A stretch of DNA of 64,000 nucleotides, taken from NCBI GenBank assembly GCA_964035545.1, contig OZ037767.1, forward strand, positions 20,910,628 to 20,974,627, read 5' to 3'. The notes under the pieces are model-generated. The model was not told the origin of the DNA. It worked only from the letters and a program-made list of their open reading frames with translations, and did no database searches. This document shows positions 27,101 to 41,900 of the stretch, one piece after another. The translations under genes were made by a program, and so were the position numbers. Origin of the DNA: Bugula neritina. Taxonomy: Eukaryota > Animalia > Bryozoa. Each line of letters opens with the position of its first letter. Position 1 is the first letter of the stretch.

Positions 27101-28736
27101 TATATATTTGTAGGAATAGAGTTTTCCCTTCCCATTTCTGATGAACCTAATAAAGATAGCCCAGTCTCTTCTCACAGGTAAAAATGAGTTTGTAATATTA
27201 AACTAAATCTGCTCCAATTTCAAGGGATGATTCCTGATCTTGTCTGACGTGTTTTACTTATAAATATATAAGAAGACTCTATCTTCAAGACCTAATATAC
27301 AGCATTGAAAGGCAGGATTTTATATGAGAGGGTAACTCCAAACTGTGTGTTCTGCCACTGCCACTCAACGTGTTGCTGTATCTTGTGCTGCTGGTTTAGG
27401 ACTCAGTGTGGTTCAAAAGACTCCCAGTCTAATGTTTCATCTCTGACTGATGGAAATAGTGTGAGTGGAGCCGATAGTTTAGAGACCAGCAAACAGGGTG
27501 TAGCTGAAGAAGACCCGCTCGAATGGCTTGAGGATATTGGGCTAGAAAAGTCTCAATTTCCATCTTTGCGAGCTGCTAAAGTACAAATGTATGAAGTTTA
27601 TACATAATAATCTGTACCTGCTTTTTCACACATGTAATCATCAGTAACATCATTTCTCATTTGTTGGTGACGAGGAATTATCCTATCTTACTCTGATTTT
27701 AGAAATAGTTTGTCACCTCAGACTTTTTACCTGCTGAAAATGATTCGATGTCTTCTTTCATTTTATTTAGCCATTCCTTGATCACTAATGACCAATTATA
27801 TAGTTGTGGGAATTTATTGTTCAAGTCTAAATGGTTTTATTGTTACGACAATTAATATGGGAATTTCTCTATTAGTTGACTGGTTCTGAACAATTTGTCT
27901 GCTGATTAGTTGTCTTCCCACTGAAGGGAACTTCTCAATGTGAGATTTATGCTTCATTATTCAAAGCTCAATACTCTTTCAACTAAACAATCATATAATT
28001 ATTTGCTTTGAAACATTATTTGTTAGACTTGAAAACACATTACAGGGAAGAAGAGTCTTTCAAAAAGATAGACTATCGCCCGTCCTCTACGTTATGTATC
28101 ACTGGAAGAAAAATGTTGGATAAACTAAAGGTCTTCTTAACAGACTACAACAAGACCATCGGTGTGACTGGCCCTTATGCCAACACACCTCCCACTATTC
28201 TATCCAGGAAATCTTTTCTCAACGCCACAATCAAGAAACTCGAGGTTCACATCTCTTAATATCTCATATTTGTTGTAAAATATTTTGACTATAATTTTAT
28301 TCTATAGATTATACCTAAGTTTAGTATTGTTAGTGATGCGTTTTTTTGTAACTTCCTTTTGTGTTTTGCTGGATATCTAAAAACTTTTTATAAAAATGGA
28401 AGATGTATTGCTATTGTACAGGTGAGATCTGGAGTTTTGATGGACGAAAGAGGAGAGAGGCAAAGTTATCTCGACTTGATAGGTCCGGTATTGCCAGGCA
28501 TAATTAATGACTTGTTCACTGATGTGATTAGCACTGTGCCGTCACACCACGCAGTACATGTCCATCAAGTTAATCTTCATAACAGCTACGTCTGCAACTC
28601 AGTGTACAGAACTTGTGACCACTCTTGTCGCCCTGACATTCGACACTCGGATAGCGCGACATCTGCTTTTAAGTATCATGGAGGTAGTTTCTATTTCACT
28701 GATGTGAAAAAGGTAAAGCGTGAGATCAGTTACTGA
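21149..28736 (+). CDS. DONSON: DONSON (downstream neighbour of SON / humpty dumpty), replisome factor (multi-exon)
   Basis: ATG-only first coding exon spliced in phase 0 to 22889 (TSPDFKR...); NPF motif; LPVDYSLCTKLRLTS; PDLPWINLFPR; YFYMLCDSFTVLF; SPTTRGFR...GIEFSLP; WLEDIG; PPTILSRKSFLNAT; GPVLP. Confidence 0.92.
23905..24135. repeat. 17-bp minisatellite (CTATATTCTCTACCTTT)
   Basis: ~13 copies starting ~20 bp after the DONSON donor at 23887. Confidence 0.92.
24257..24302. repeat. Perfect 46-bp palindrome
   Basis: TTTTAGTTATGGGAGAAAACCAA followed immediately by its exact reverse complement. Confidence 0.95.
25170..25300. repeat. ~25-29-bp minisatellite (ATATATGGTACATTGGTGGTGTT)
   Basis: About 5 tandem copies in a DONSON intron. 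Confidence 0.85.
26280..26530 (+). repeat. 18-22-bp minisatellite with GTAAGT core (GTAAGTACACTRYTGTCT)
   Basis: About 11 degenerate copies in a DONSON intron. Confidence 0.85.
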
Positions 28737-29943
28737 AAGCACTTTTGGATCCCCCCCAGGAAGATGGATCTCTAAATCAGTATGATGCCTTGCATTACCT
28801 GCTACTATGTGTTGCTGTGGCTGTTATATAATATATGATATTTACTCCCTTTGAAAGTTTATTGTCAACGTGGCTACTGATAAAGCTAAAAACCTATGGA
28901 GATTGAAAGCATCGGCTAAAATAAGGGGGTTGCTTCATGAGCCTTTTTAATAATTATTCTCATTGTTCATTTTCCATGATTGGTTGAGCAGTTGAGAAAT
29001 AACTTATTTTCAAGACTTATTGTTGCTGAAACAAAATAACTTTGACATAAATGTCCCAGGAGGGACATTGGAAAACTTATTGTTTATTTACAGGTGGTGC
29101 AAAAAACATTTCTTTATCTTTATTGAGTACACCGGAATGTTACTATCTCAATGTAGTTACCTAACAATTCTGTTTGTACAATGGTACGTTTAACCAACAT
29201 TTTTTTCACTTTTTATCCTGAGATTTTGAATTTACAGTTTTATGCATCATGAAAGATGTTTCCGTTATTAAGTAAATTCTCTATTTTGAAAATATAGAAA
29301 ATAAAATCTTAATAAATTAGGAAAATATTTCTACACCCACACTTCTTGCTTTTTTAGCGACAGCATGTTGCAATGATACGGTTTTTAGCACATAGAATAG
29401 GCTCACAATTTACACGATAGGGTAGAAGCTTGCATCTACTTTAAGAACAAATTCTCATTGACTAGCTGAAAGGGATTGATAATGTAACATGACGAGATTC
29501 CAGCCTTGATCAAAATGATTGGTTAAAATTTGAATTTTATTTTCAATAACTTTGCTATAACAAAAATAATTACATTTATACTAAGCAACTACATTATTGG
29601 TTGATAGTTGACCTAAAAGTTATTACGTTGGCATGCAATAAGATCTGAGCATGCACTTTTCCCTTTTTTCCTGTCCAACTTCAAATGTACATACTAGATG
29701 TCAATTAATGCGCGTCTTTATGATAATTAGATTACCAACATAAAACCGAAAAACATATTCTAGTATAGAGTTTTTCATAAACAACTTACATAAGCTTATA
29801 CAATATAATAGATTGATAAAAGTGATTGGCAATATACATTATATATACAAATTGCAAGGCTATATCATTCAGCAACGATTGGTTGTGAGGAGATGCGATT
29901 TACTAGAGGCGAGCGTGGTTTGTCTGCAACTACCGGTTTGTGA

Positions 29944-32900
29944 TTAGTGTTGAGGAAGCCATGGCATCAGACTCCTTATCCACTCGTCCATTTCCGCTGT
30001 CAAATTCACCAGCTTGTCTCGAGTAGACAAGTTTTTCGAGCTCAGCAAAATTTTATTCTTCATGCAGTACGTAGAATTGGAGAATGCCGAGCCAGGGCTC
30101 TTATATGTTGACTGCTTTGACTCGATGTTATAGAAATATTTCTGTCTTTGAGATTGGCTGTAGGCCATAGTCCACGGCTTACAAATGTAAGGCACGAAAT
30201 GCAAACCAGCAAAGGTGTGGCAGCAATTAGCGTGATTGTGAAAGTCAGCTGCATAGCATAGCCTCGGCTCTGAGCCACATCCTTTTACTAACCTGTAATT
30301 ACAGTTGAATAAAACATTGTCAATCATGCATTGAAGAGTTACAAAGGCTTATATTAGCTGCTCACATAAGAAATGGATATATGCTTGTCCAATAAGCACA
30401 TGTGTATGATATACATATTACTAGATGTAAACAGATTCAATTAACCTGAAATTCAGGTGATTAGAGAGTAGAGCTGGGATCTCCTCTATTCTGTACAATT
30501 GTTTCACTCGAATTGGAGAGAGTCGAGTTCTACTCGTTCGAGTTATTGAACTGACAAACATCTTGGCCGTTTCCAGTCTCACGTTGTAACTATGTTTTCG
30601 CCAGTCTTCTCCGTACAGGAACAGGATGTCAATGATGTGAAGCGCATACATCTTCCTTCAACAAACACAACAGGTGATAATTGTAGCGTTATCTGCAGCT
30701 TTCATCACAGTACTGAATTGACCTTGTTGTGGACTAAGTGTATCAGTGTTATTCTGCTGAGTATACATTTACAATATAATTGAAATTAAGAAGTTATGCA
30801 GATGTAAGAAATTACACTATATTAGGGTAGGTACTATTACTGACCTTTGACCTTTGCCTTCTCCTTTGAGTTCTGGTAAAACTTCAGCCACAAAGAGTGT
30901 ATCCTTGGGGATGTCCAACTGCAGAGGACAGTTGGAGTCGTCAGAATATACACGTTTCCAGGAGCTGTTACTTATACCATCCCATCTGAACACGTGGGCT
31001 CTGCCCATTGAGTAGAAATAGTGCAGACTGGGAGCTGTAGACATGTTCAATGTACCTACAAGATAGATATACGGATAGTATACAGTATACACTAGATAGG
31101 CAGTAGATATACAGATAGTATACAGTAGATATACAGATAGTATACAGTAGATATACAGATAGTATACAATAGATATGCAGATAGTATACAGAAGATATAC
31201 AGATAGTATACAACAGATATACAGATAGTATACAATAGATATACAGATAGTATACAGTAGATATACAGATAGTATACAGTAGATATACAGACAGTATACA
31301 GTAGATATACAGATAGTATACAGTAGATATACAGAGGACGTACCTGTTACAAACACCTTGTAATCATACGCACTCCTCACTTCTTTACGTATCTCCTCCA
31401 AGTCACATGGTACACACTCCCCGAGTGGTGTCAGCGGTTCATGACTTAGTAACCTCTGCACCCTCTCTCCGGCATCACCTTTCTCTGGAGCAGACCGTAG
31501 CTCGTTGGGAACCTGAAACACACTTGCTAAGTCATCAATGAGAAATACTAGAGATCAGTTCAAGTTGTTCAAATACTCAGTGTGGTGACTAACAAGAGCA
31601 GATAACTTTAAATAATAAGAGTAGAAATGCACTCAGTACACCTGTACTAGGAGACCTTAATCTTTCAAAGAGAAAGTGAAACTACAAACATACATTATAC
31701 ATACAGAGTATCAAACAGCTAATGAAAGTGAAACTACACTCACATCCCATATACTTAAACACTCATTCCTTATTTCAGTTTGCCGCTCATCTCTAAGGTT
31801 GGCGTTCTTTGCAAAGACTTGTATCTTCTTCAGATTGAGTGACTGGAGTTGACCCAAGTCGCAGTTTGATTGGTAAATATAGTCATAAAACTCCTGATCA
31901 TCTGTAAACATACACATGACCTTGACATATTTTATATGTTTCCCCGAATAAGCAAATATTCTTTGAAGTTGTATCTTTTTGATCACATGACCACACTGTC
32001 TGGTCAACTGAAATAGACTAAAGGATTGTCTTTCCCTGCAATACTCCCTTTTAGGAACGGGTTATAGCTTTATTATTAGAATTTCATATATATGGAAGTC
32101 ACTCAATCAATACATTAGCACAAAATGTTGGTAAAATACCTTATTAGCACATGATATCATAGAAACTCACCTTTAAGTGTGTCAAAGTCAACCAGATGCT
32201 GTATACACTTCCTGTGTCTTGTTGTACCGAAGTGGACTTCATCAAATGCAAGATTTACATACGTGAGGTATTGTCTGAGGACGTCACCGGGTTCCGAGCG
32301 GAAACCCTTACAGACAATGTACCGCTCAGAGTTGGCTGGTCGGCTCGTCACTGGCTTCATGATACACACCTTGAAAACACAGTGCAGGTAAACTATAAAC
32401 AGTGCAGGTAAATTATTAACAGTGCAGGTAAACTATCAACAGCACAAATAAAATATTAACAATGCAGGTAAACTATTAACAGCGCAGATATACTATTATC
32501 AACAGCGTAGGTAAATTATAAACAATGCAGGTAATTTATCAACAAGGGAGACAGATTTCCATTGCTATGGCAGAAGATATTGAAATTATTTGATGTTAAT
32601 CATTGTAAGGCAGTAATGGAATGTGTTTAGGAGTTGTTATCTCATGGTGCAGCCTCCTCTTTTCTGATCAATGTAAGTTGTTAATTTCCTTCTGAAAACT
32701 TTCTCAAAATAAATTAAGTGACTTCTTAATATTTTCCAATAAATGGTGAATTAACATAGCCTAATAAACACACAACACTATTGCCCAACACAAATGCATC
32801 TCTCCCAGAGAGTTCATTGGCTGGGCTTCGTTGGAAAACATAGGCTAACTTCTAGTTGAAACATTTAGTCAACCACAATATGATTCGATAGTAACTGCAG

Positions 32901-35900
32901 AAATACGCTTCTCTTTTAGTGTTACACCATAATTACATATGTGAGTTCACTCAATCAGCACCACATGCTTCATATATATGTGACCAGTCGCGACAAAACC
33001 GGGGATGTGGCGGCGTTTATAAAGTGTAGTAAATGAAGGTTTAATTTGGAAATACTTAAATTTGAAATTAATTTCCAGTTTTTAGGTTTTGAACTTTTCT
33101 AATACAAAAAAATCCAAGGATTTCAAAAATCATACTTTCGTAGGCATTTGATGATTCCTTCAGCTCTAAAATTGCATTTAAAGTTGGTAACTAAGGCATT
33201 CAATTTTTTAAATGATGAAAAAATTGCGAAGTTATCAAGTAAAGAAAGAAGACAATTTTAGTCATTTTCATAGCATGAGATCTTGCAAATTTATTTTTTA
33301 TCAAATGAATTTAGCTTACACCTCTTTCTTCGCATTGTCAGAAGCATCGTATTTAAAATCGAAGGCTAGTTTTAGTTTTTCATCGTGCTCCATCCAAAGT
33401 TAGCTTTTAAGTTACTGAGCTGTTTTGCCCTTTGGTGATAAATGCTAAACTTAATCTTTATCTTTAGCGTTCAAGCTTGAAAATCACAACAATGCAGGTA
33501 ATTATACTCAAAACCATCATTTACGCTACTAACTTAGAATTGTTGCTAGGATTATTTGTAGTTATTTTCTTATTAATATTCATACTGATAATATCACTAG
33601 GAGTATGTCTATTCTATATTAGTAACTATTTAAATGACTCTCACTGTGACTCACAGTTTGAGGTACGGTTACTCATAATGATAATCATAATGAATATCAT
33701 TCATGATTTACTGATACTGGTATTTGGCAGTAAAACCAAATGTAGCTCATTAATATTAATAGTATAACTTAAGTAATGATTAATAATTAAATTCACTATT
33801 TGAGTCTGACTCTGAGTTTCGCCTTACTTACTTGATTTACTTGAAGATGCAATCACGTTAGACCACTAGATTAGCGTAAGCACTTGATACTCATACTGAT
33901 AGTATTATATTTATTGATTTATTCTATAGTTGATATTTAAATTTACATTGGATTTACTCTTAGTAACTTTTAGCCTCTGTCTTAGATTTTGTCAATACAG
34001 TTACTGATTACTGTTACGATTAACGGTTCCTTTTGTGATTTTTAAATTAGCTCAAAGTTTTATTTAAAATAATATAATGATAAAATATTTATCACATTAT
34101 GCAGGCTTACAGTTACTGTCAAAGCTCAATTGATAACCCTATTTATATTGATAAAAGCATCACCTCTAACCAAATTGAAATGGTAAATGTGATTAAATGT
34201 AAATGAGTAGAATGATGAAATATTAATGCGAGTTCATGGTGATTCTATAGTTGACTGACTTAGTTCTTCAGTAAGTTACTTTTAGTCTTATTTAGTGAGT
34301 AGTAACACTAACTGAATGCATAAATAGTCTAAACTTTTTAATTTTATTATAAAGGATGAGCAAAAATTTATTCATATTTTAAAGTAATTTATTGAATTCA
34401 AATTGATTTTATAGTAAATGTCTGTAATAGATTCAGTTGCACTTAGCTAGCTTTTTTACTCAATTAAATGCTTGAGTGGTTAATAGACATTGCTTCAAAA
34501 TTGCCAATTGCAGATATGCTAGATATTCAAGTGCATAATGTGTAATTTTACTGATAATACTATGTTAATATAGAATAATCCAATATTCTGTACATTTTAG
34601 AAAGTGGACTTATGAGAGCATTAGAGTGAAGACTTATACCTACACAACTCTACTACCTATCAATCTAACACTTCTAATGTAGACACTCTGAATTTTGGCT
34701 TGCAAGGTTATGGCTTCTGCTTATTTCATTCATAAAAAGGTTTGCAGTCTTTTAATGATGTGCTTGAAAATTTTCAACAATTTTTTTAATTTAAATTGTT
34801 CTGTTTAATTCAATAAATTTAAATGTTGATAAAATGCAGGATGACAATTAACTGCTGCTATAGTAGTACCACAAGAGTGTTTAACCAACTAAATTTTTAT
34901 AATATAACTGCTTATAGTTTCTAATCAAGCTACCGTTTTCTTTTGTTATTTAAAAAAGTCAACATTGTACTTGCAGCTCTGGAATAGACAATAGATGGGT
35001 AGGTTGGCAGGATGGATGTCAAGTAGCAGCATCTATAATTGCTAGAAAATCAGCTGATGATAGTGATGAAGCTTTTGCCACACACATGATGTTATGTGTT
35101 CATACTCATATTATGAAGACCAAGGAAGTAGAAAGATGAAAAGTGCCTTTTTTGCAAAAACCGTAGAAGCTACCTAATTTTCTTTTCTTGATTAGAGTTA
35201 ATTCAAGCACAATGGTTGTATCCAGGCTGGATTTTTTACTGCATTTAATTAATTTTTTAAAATAATGTGTTTGATGTTTTAAATGTGAATATTAATGCCT
35301 AATAAAACTCAAACGTTCTAATAGCTGATTTTATGTTTATATTTTCAACATCAATTGCTAAATTTAGTTGCCGTTAGAGATTATAAAGATATTTATGAAT
35401 GAATCTTGAATGATCTCATAATAGTCAAATGATTTTCTCATAAGTGTTCTACTCATTAAGCAATAACTATGAAACAGCACAGCTCAATAGCTGCAGTTTG
35501 ATATATTACACAATATATTAGAGGAGAGGAAGATATTCAATGTATAACAGGAAGCAGCTGCCATTTTGTTTTATATGACTTCCTGCTGACTTGGATGCCT
35601 AATTTAAATATCTCAACACACAAACTTGCTGAAACATCCTCTTCTTTGCTGGAATTGTTAAACCTTTCATTAAATAAACAAAATAAAAAGCAAATTGACA
35701 AATGAATTAGACAAAAGGTTTGGCGGCCATATTTGACCTAATCTTAAGTTGAGGCAGCATGAAATTTAATTTAACAGAAAGCCCAAATTTTCACAATTAT
35801 TTTGGTACCAAATTTGTCACCATTCCTATTATACAAAGACCCGTTGCTAAGGCTTGTAAATTGTAAACAAATAATTCTCAACTTATTCTAGAGTTGCCAA

Positions 35901-38900
35901 CTTTAAATGCGATTTTCTCGAAACAGTAATTTAGAAATTCTAAAAACGTTAAGGTTTTTAAATATTAATATCTCGAGTTCTATTTATGCTAGAGACTTCA
36001 AATAAAGTGCAAAATGTTCGGAAAAGTCTGCTCTATCACTTCATAGTAATAACTAGGTTTTCAACATTTTATATACATCCCTTGTTTTGTGGTGCCAGGT
36101 CACATATGCTGATGTGACAGAAGGTTTTACTGAGGCCACTTCACAAACTCTAATTAGATTTAGAGTAAAAATGTTAGAAATAACTTGAATTCTTCTTAAT
36201 TGCCTCCCTTTTGTAGCTACTTGCAAGCTATCTAAATTTAACACAAACTATATTTTGGAGCAGAGAATTGTGGCAGTAAAAAAATAAATTATTCATTGTT
36301 TACTTCCTCCAACCACAAACACTGATCATTGACATGCATGCTAACAACAGACTGTACTAATTTGTATACTACTACATATATGTTATATATTAATAAATCA
36401 GGGGCCATATATTACAGTATTACGTTTATGTTTACCATCACTGTCATGGGACACAAACTGCTCAACATATCACATTGGGTAAAAAGTTATGAAACTAAAA
36501 ATAACATTATGAAGCAACTGGAATCGTTACATTAGTGGTTTTTCCCACATGATAAACAACAACAACAATATCACATGTTCCATTACATCATGCTATTAGT
36601 GACACCTGTCCATGAGACACCTTGTCACACCTGTCATCTTAAAGATTTGGCTAATTCAGTCAATGTGAGTGCAGGTGCTTTTTTATCTGTTACCATTAGC
36701 ACATACTTCCATATTAGTCATGAAATATATTTTAATTTTTATATACATGCTTTTTTAATTTTTTGCAAGACCAAATTATAGTACTGAGAATATTTTAATG
36801 ATTAGAAATTACACTTGGAATGTAGAAATTGACAACTCTATGGGGAAAAACCCATATAAGAGAAGGCAACTCTGAATTTAAGTTATTTACCCGCACAACC
36901 AGGATCAACCATTGGAATTCATAACTTTCTGGCACTAGTCAGATGTACACACCCACTGATAATGTGGATAACTTCTGTTTGAAATGAACACAGATCACCC
37001 TTAAAAATTATTTTACTGCTTTCATGATAAGAGAAGTACCAGCTTGGAGTGGCTTAACAACTTACTGTATTCTAACACCCATCCTACCAGTCCACCCTAA
37101 CCCCCACTCAACCCCCCTCCCATCCTACCTGTCCACCCTAACTCCCACTCAAATCCCCTCCCATCCTACCTGTCCACCCTAACCCCCACTCAAATCCCCT
37201 CCCATCCTACCTGTCCACCCTAACCCCCACTCAAATCCCCTCCCATCCTGCCTGTCTACCCAAATCCCCTCCCATTCTACCTGTCCACCCAAAACCCCCA
37301 CTCAACCCCCCCATCCCAACGTCACCCTCACCCTCATCCTCATATCTACCTACGACACACACTACAACCCCAGGTCTACCTACCCCCTATAAGAAACTGC
37401 CACGATAAGAGGCTCAGATAAACATTGAGTAGACGACTCAGAAAGTTGACAAACCTCCAAATACCAGACTATGTCCTTTTAAACATTTTAAATTTTGGTT
37501 TGGGACACGTAACATAACTTCTTATACCATATTTCCAATCAAGAACACAGGCTTTTTTCAATTTCTCCATTACTGCACCTACCTCAGAAATTATTGATGT
37601 GAAAAAATGCTTCTAAAAGCAAGATGGCTCATTGTACAATCACATATTCTATTAAATTTCTTTGATGAAAGAAAAGTCTACTTGTTGGACAATAAATACA
37701 TCCTACAATGTGTCACACCAGATTGACAGGTGCTAGTGTGGTGCTTGGAGACTCAAACCATGCCATTATATCAGTATGAGTAGATTAGTGAAGGGATGGT
37801 GCAAGCACAAGTAAATATATGATGAGGAAACAACAGAAAGCAAGTCATTACAAGTACATGAAAGATACATACAGTAGATACGAGGTACATGAAGTACATA
37901 CATATAGAGTTGAGGTGAATCAATAGTATCAGTACACAAAGAGGTAGAAGTGGAGACAGACCACTGAATACTGTCTCTATGCAACAGAAAAACTACACTT
38001 GATAGGGTGAGTAGTTTCCATTGCAGCTCTCAGGGTGAGAGTGTAGAGAGGAAATCTTTTGTACATTCACTAAGCAGAGTGTATTATGAACTTTGTATTT
38101 AGGAAAGTTATTTTGTGAAGTTTCATACAATTTTCTTGCTATAGCGTATGGCAGCATGAACAAAGTCAGCGTGTTGGTCAAAGTGCGTGTAGGAGATGTA
38201 TATAAGTACAGCAACGACAGTCCAAGTTCTTTATGAAGTTTGGTTTATAGTGAGGGTTGAAAAGTTTTTCTCATTTCTAAAAAGCAGATTTCCCCAATCC
38301 CTTCATTACTACAGAGAACCAGTTCTTTTTTTGTTTACTAAAACCAACTTTGGTTCATAACTCAGGTAGGCTACAGAGAAAAATTAATTTATCTTCAAGC
38401 CAAATTTTCCTACAGAAATTTAACTATTTTTAAAACTTAGAAGGGCAAGACTTATTTTCTGATAAAAACGTTATGTGAAAAGTCACGGTAAAGCAAGTTA
38501 CATCCACTCAATATTACGTTTATCTCTCCAACTTACAGCTAAAACTAGATAACTGAGCAGTATTTCTGTACCAGTTGAAATTTGAGTGCATTAACAATGC
38601 TTTTGCAAAAACTGAGTGGAACCAGTTTAACCCACAATGCACCACTACAGCAAGTTTAGTGCAGGAGAAGGCAACCACTACATTATCCTCAATATTACCA
38701 GCACGTGACTTTAAAAAGTAGCTAATTAATATCTATTATTCAACAATCCATCACCCATTAAACATAGTCACGTGCACACAATTGCTAAGACAGCTTGTAA
38801 GGGGCAAATCCTAGCCCAAGCAAGCACCTAGCCATGTGGGCCGTAGCATGACCACTCGCATGATAGTAATAAACTCTCAGTCTAAAGTTGGCACTGAATC

Positions 38901-41900
38901 CGCAAGAGCATGCCTTATCTGCGTCTATTTTTACTCTAATGAGATGGATTATTGAGTATTAGTAGTGTGAATGTAGCTGGGTTTAGGCTGCGTTTCATTA
39001 TATATAGGGAAGAGCCCAGCTGGGAGTGAGACTAATATTTAGTTTCGAAGAAAGAACAGCTGGTAAGTGAAAACAAAGAGCTTTATTAAAGACATTTAAA
39101 TATTATTAACTGAAAGTAATGTACTAAAAAATAACCACAGAACCATATTTTGGACTAGAGAGAGAGTGTTTGCTACAGTATTACTATTTGACTATGCTAG
39201 TGAGTGTACATTATACAGATGTACATTTATTTCAGTTTTGCAGTTTGTAAAATAATTGACAACTTTTCTGGGGGTGAGTTGAAAGATTTCATATAAAGAA
39301 GTAATAATTGGTTACTTTTACTCTCAGAATGTTATAAGAAAAGTTGGAAACTTTTCCTATGTGATTTGCTGTGTTTAGCCCAGCATTATTATTATATGTT
39401 CTATTTATGTACCACCAGTTTGGTGGAAGTGCTGAGCTATTATTGACAGGCATATGCCAGTAGGATGTGAGTTGCTAGTAAATATTATTACCAAGTCACT
39501 CTGATGACTCACTCACTCAACCAGCATTTACATCTCAACTTCTAACCTGAAATTCTTTCCAAATTATTTTTCACAATTATGTAATATATATCAATGAAGA
39601 CCATAAGTAGTGGTAGGAGATGAATTGGAAGTGGGAAAATCAGATAAGATACAGAACAAGGTGGGTCAAAGCTAGGTGGGTAAGAGTTAGGTAGATTATA
39701 ACTAGGTAAGTAAAATTTTGGTGGGTAATAAAAGTGTATGGAAATTGGACTTATACATGACCGTAGTACTAAAAACTACACCAAGTGATATCAAAAGAGC
39801 TTGCTCCTTAAGTTGGCACTGTTCCAGCTAGTAGCGCTGGTGAGGACAATATTCCTACATAATTCAAACTAGAGTCCTTTGTATAAAGCAAAAACTAAAA
39901 CTGAATAACATACAGGGGAGTTTAACTCCAACAGCTGAAATATAGCCTCAGCACCACCACTCGATAACCATAAGGCATTAGTGTCTATCTGCAGGTAAAA
40001 CTGGCCCCCTGCAGGTAGAAGTGCGTAGGCTATGCGGAATGCTGTGTGTAGAACAAATATCTCTTCTAAGGAGATATAAATAGGATGTATCTCGCTAAGC
40101 TCTCAATATAGTATATTGCATGTTGTTTTGTTACAGATAAACTAGGAAGTATAGCTGCTTACAGCCTGACAGAGAACTCTAGAGCAGGTGATGGACAGTT
40201 TAAAGCTCTGGGAGGAGAGAGATCGTGGAGGTGGAGATGTTATAGTAGAGGTCAATGGAGTTTCTACGACTGCACACTGGTTAGTAATTGCATTAAGAAT
40301 GGAGAGGTCATGCTATTTTACTTAGCTTAGTGTGCTATTACTATTTTGGGACTGGGTTCAAGATTTGTCAGGGTGGTCAACCTATCGCACCACAAACTCT
40401 ACTGAAACCAACTCCATGATATACAGGCTAACACACAAATCTATACCCTTATGTTCTTTATAAGAGTGATTTCATAATTAACATTATACTTGCTATGTTT
40501 TTCATCTACTAATCTAGAACTAGATAAATTATAACATGAACATACAATACTCAGGGACAGACTGGCATTCAATTAGTTATACTTTAGAGCAAAAAAAGTT
40601 TGGTTATGCCATCAGTAATTAATTGTATTAGAGTTTAGACAATAAAGTCTGATTTAGTCATGCTAGAGCTGATAGTGCCAAATGAGTAAGATTGTAAATC
40701 AAAGTACACGCGGTCATGTTATCATAACAAAGTCACGTGTCATTGGAATGGAATTTCCAAGTGGCCGTACTTGCTAATAAATAGCAAGGCCAGTGTGGCA
40801 AATCTATCGATGGATGCCACGAGTTGAGCAGGCGTCCAACGCATTTCTAAGAAAGTCTTAATAAAATATAGAGAACCTCAAAGCCACAAAAACCTTCCAC
40901 AAATACTGAGTGATAAGGTATGAATAAAGTTTAAATTGAGGATAATTGAAAACATGAGAATAGGAAAAGTTGGTCGTGAGAGAATTGAAACATATTAATA
41001 GCCTCATAGGTTGTTGATAGAAGTCATTGTATTACATAAGAGAAGCTTAATGTAGTTCCATATTTGCCAACTGAGTTTGATGGAGCTAATTAGACTAATA
41101 AGCTGATAGTAATGTACCAGTTAGTAGAGGAAATAGCAGCTGTACAGTATATTATAATATTAACATTACACCACAGATGATTACCACCAACATTATACTA
41201 TCCTTATACCAGGCAATAACTATACCAGGCAATGATTACTCAATCCTATAATATATATTCTGTTGATACACAATGCAGCAGCCGATAATATATCAATATA
41301 CTAATTAGCATCTACTCTGCTTGAGGAAATGGACATATAACTTGCTAATGCAGGCTATTTATAGAGCATATAGTTGTAATCTGAGAAGTTGTCTGTCCTG
41401 AGCAATGAACTCTATTTGATGCAGCAATGTTATGCTAATAATGGAAAAAAGGACAACTAATATTCCTGCCTCAGCAAAGAAACCCTTATGAAATTTTTAT
41501 GAACTTTGGTTAGCAGGTAAAACTCTAAACAGAACATAACTTTTGTCACATTTTTCATCTAAGAGAGATGATTTTCTCAGACAACTACTGTAAATACCAC
41601 ATAGCACCTAGGCAGCATTTTATGAAGGGGCACCATGCAAGTTTTCTTTTGTACAGCTTAACTGCCTTTTGATGACCCAGAAACAAAATATGTTATGAAT
41701 ATTGCAGGACTGTTTTGGGAGAATGTCCATTCTTTCGCTGTCACATGGAGATGCAAGAGCGGGCAGGCAATGACACCCCCAACTTGCTGAAAATAAAAGA
41801 CCCAACTCTCAGTCTAGAGGGCGTAGTCTGTGCCATGAAATTTATTTACTTAGATTTTTGCTTCACTCAATCCAGTGACTTGAGAGATTTCGCTTACTTC

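Noticed and set aside
28736-29944. DONSON tail-to-tail with a G-patch gene, echoing the vertebrate SON-DONSON pair
   Set aside because: The neighbour is clearly CMTR1, not SON; treated as coincidence.
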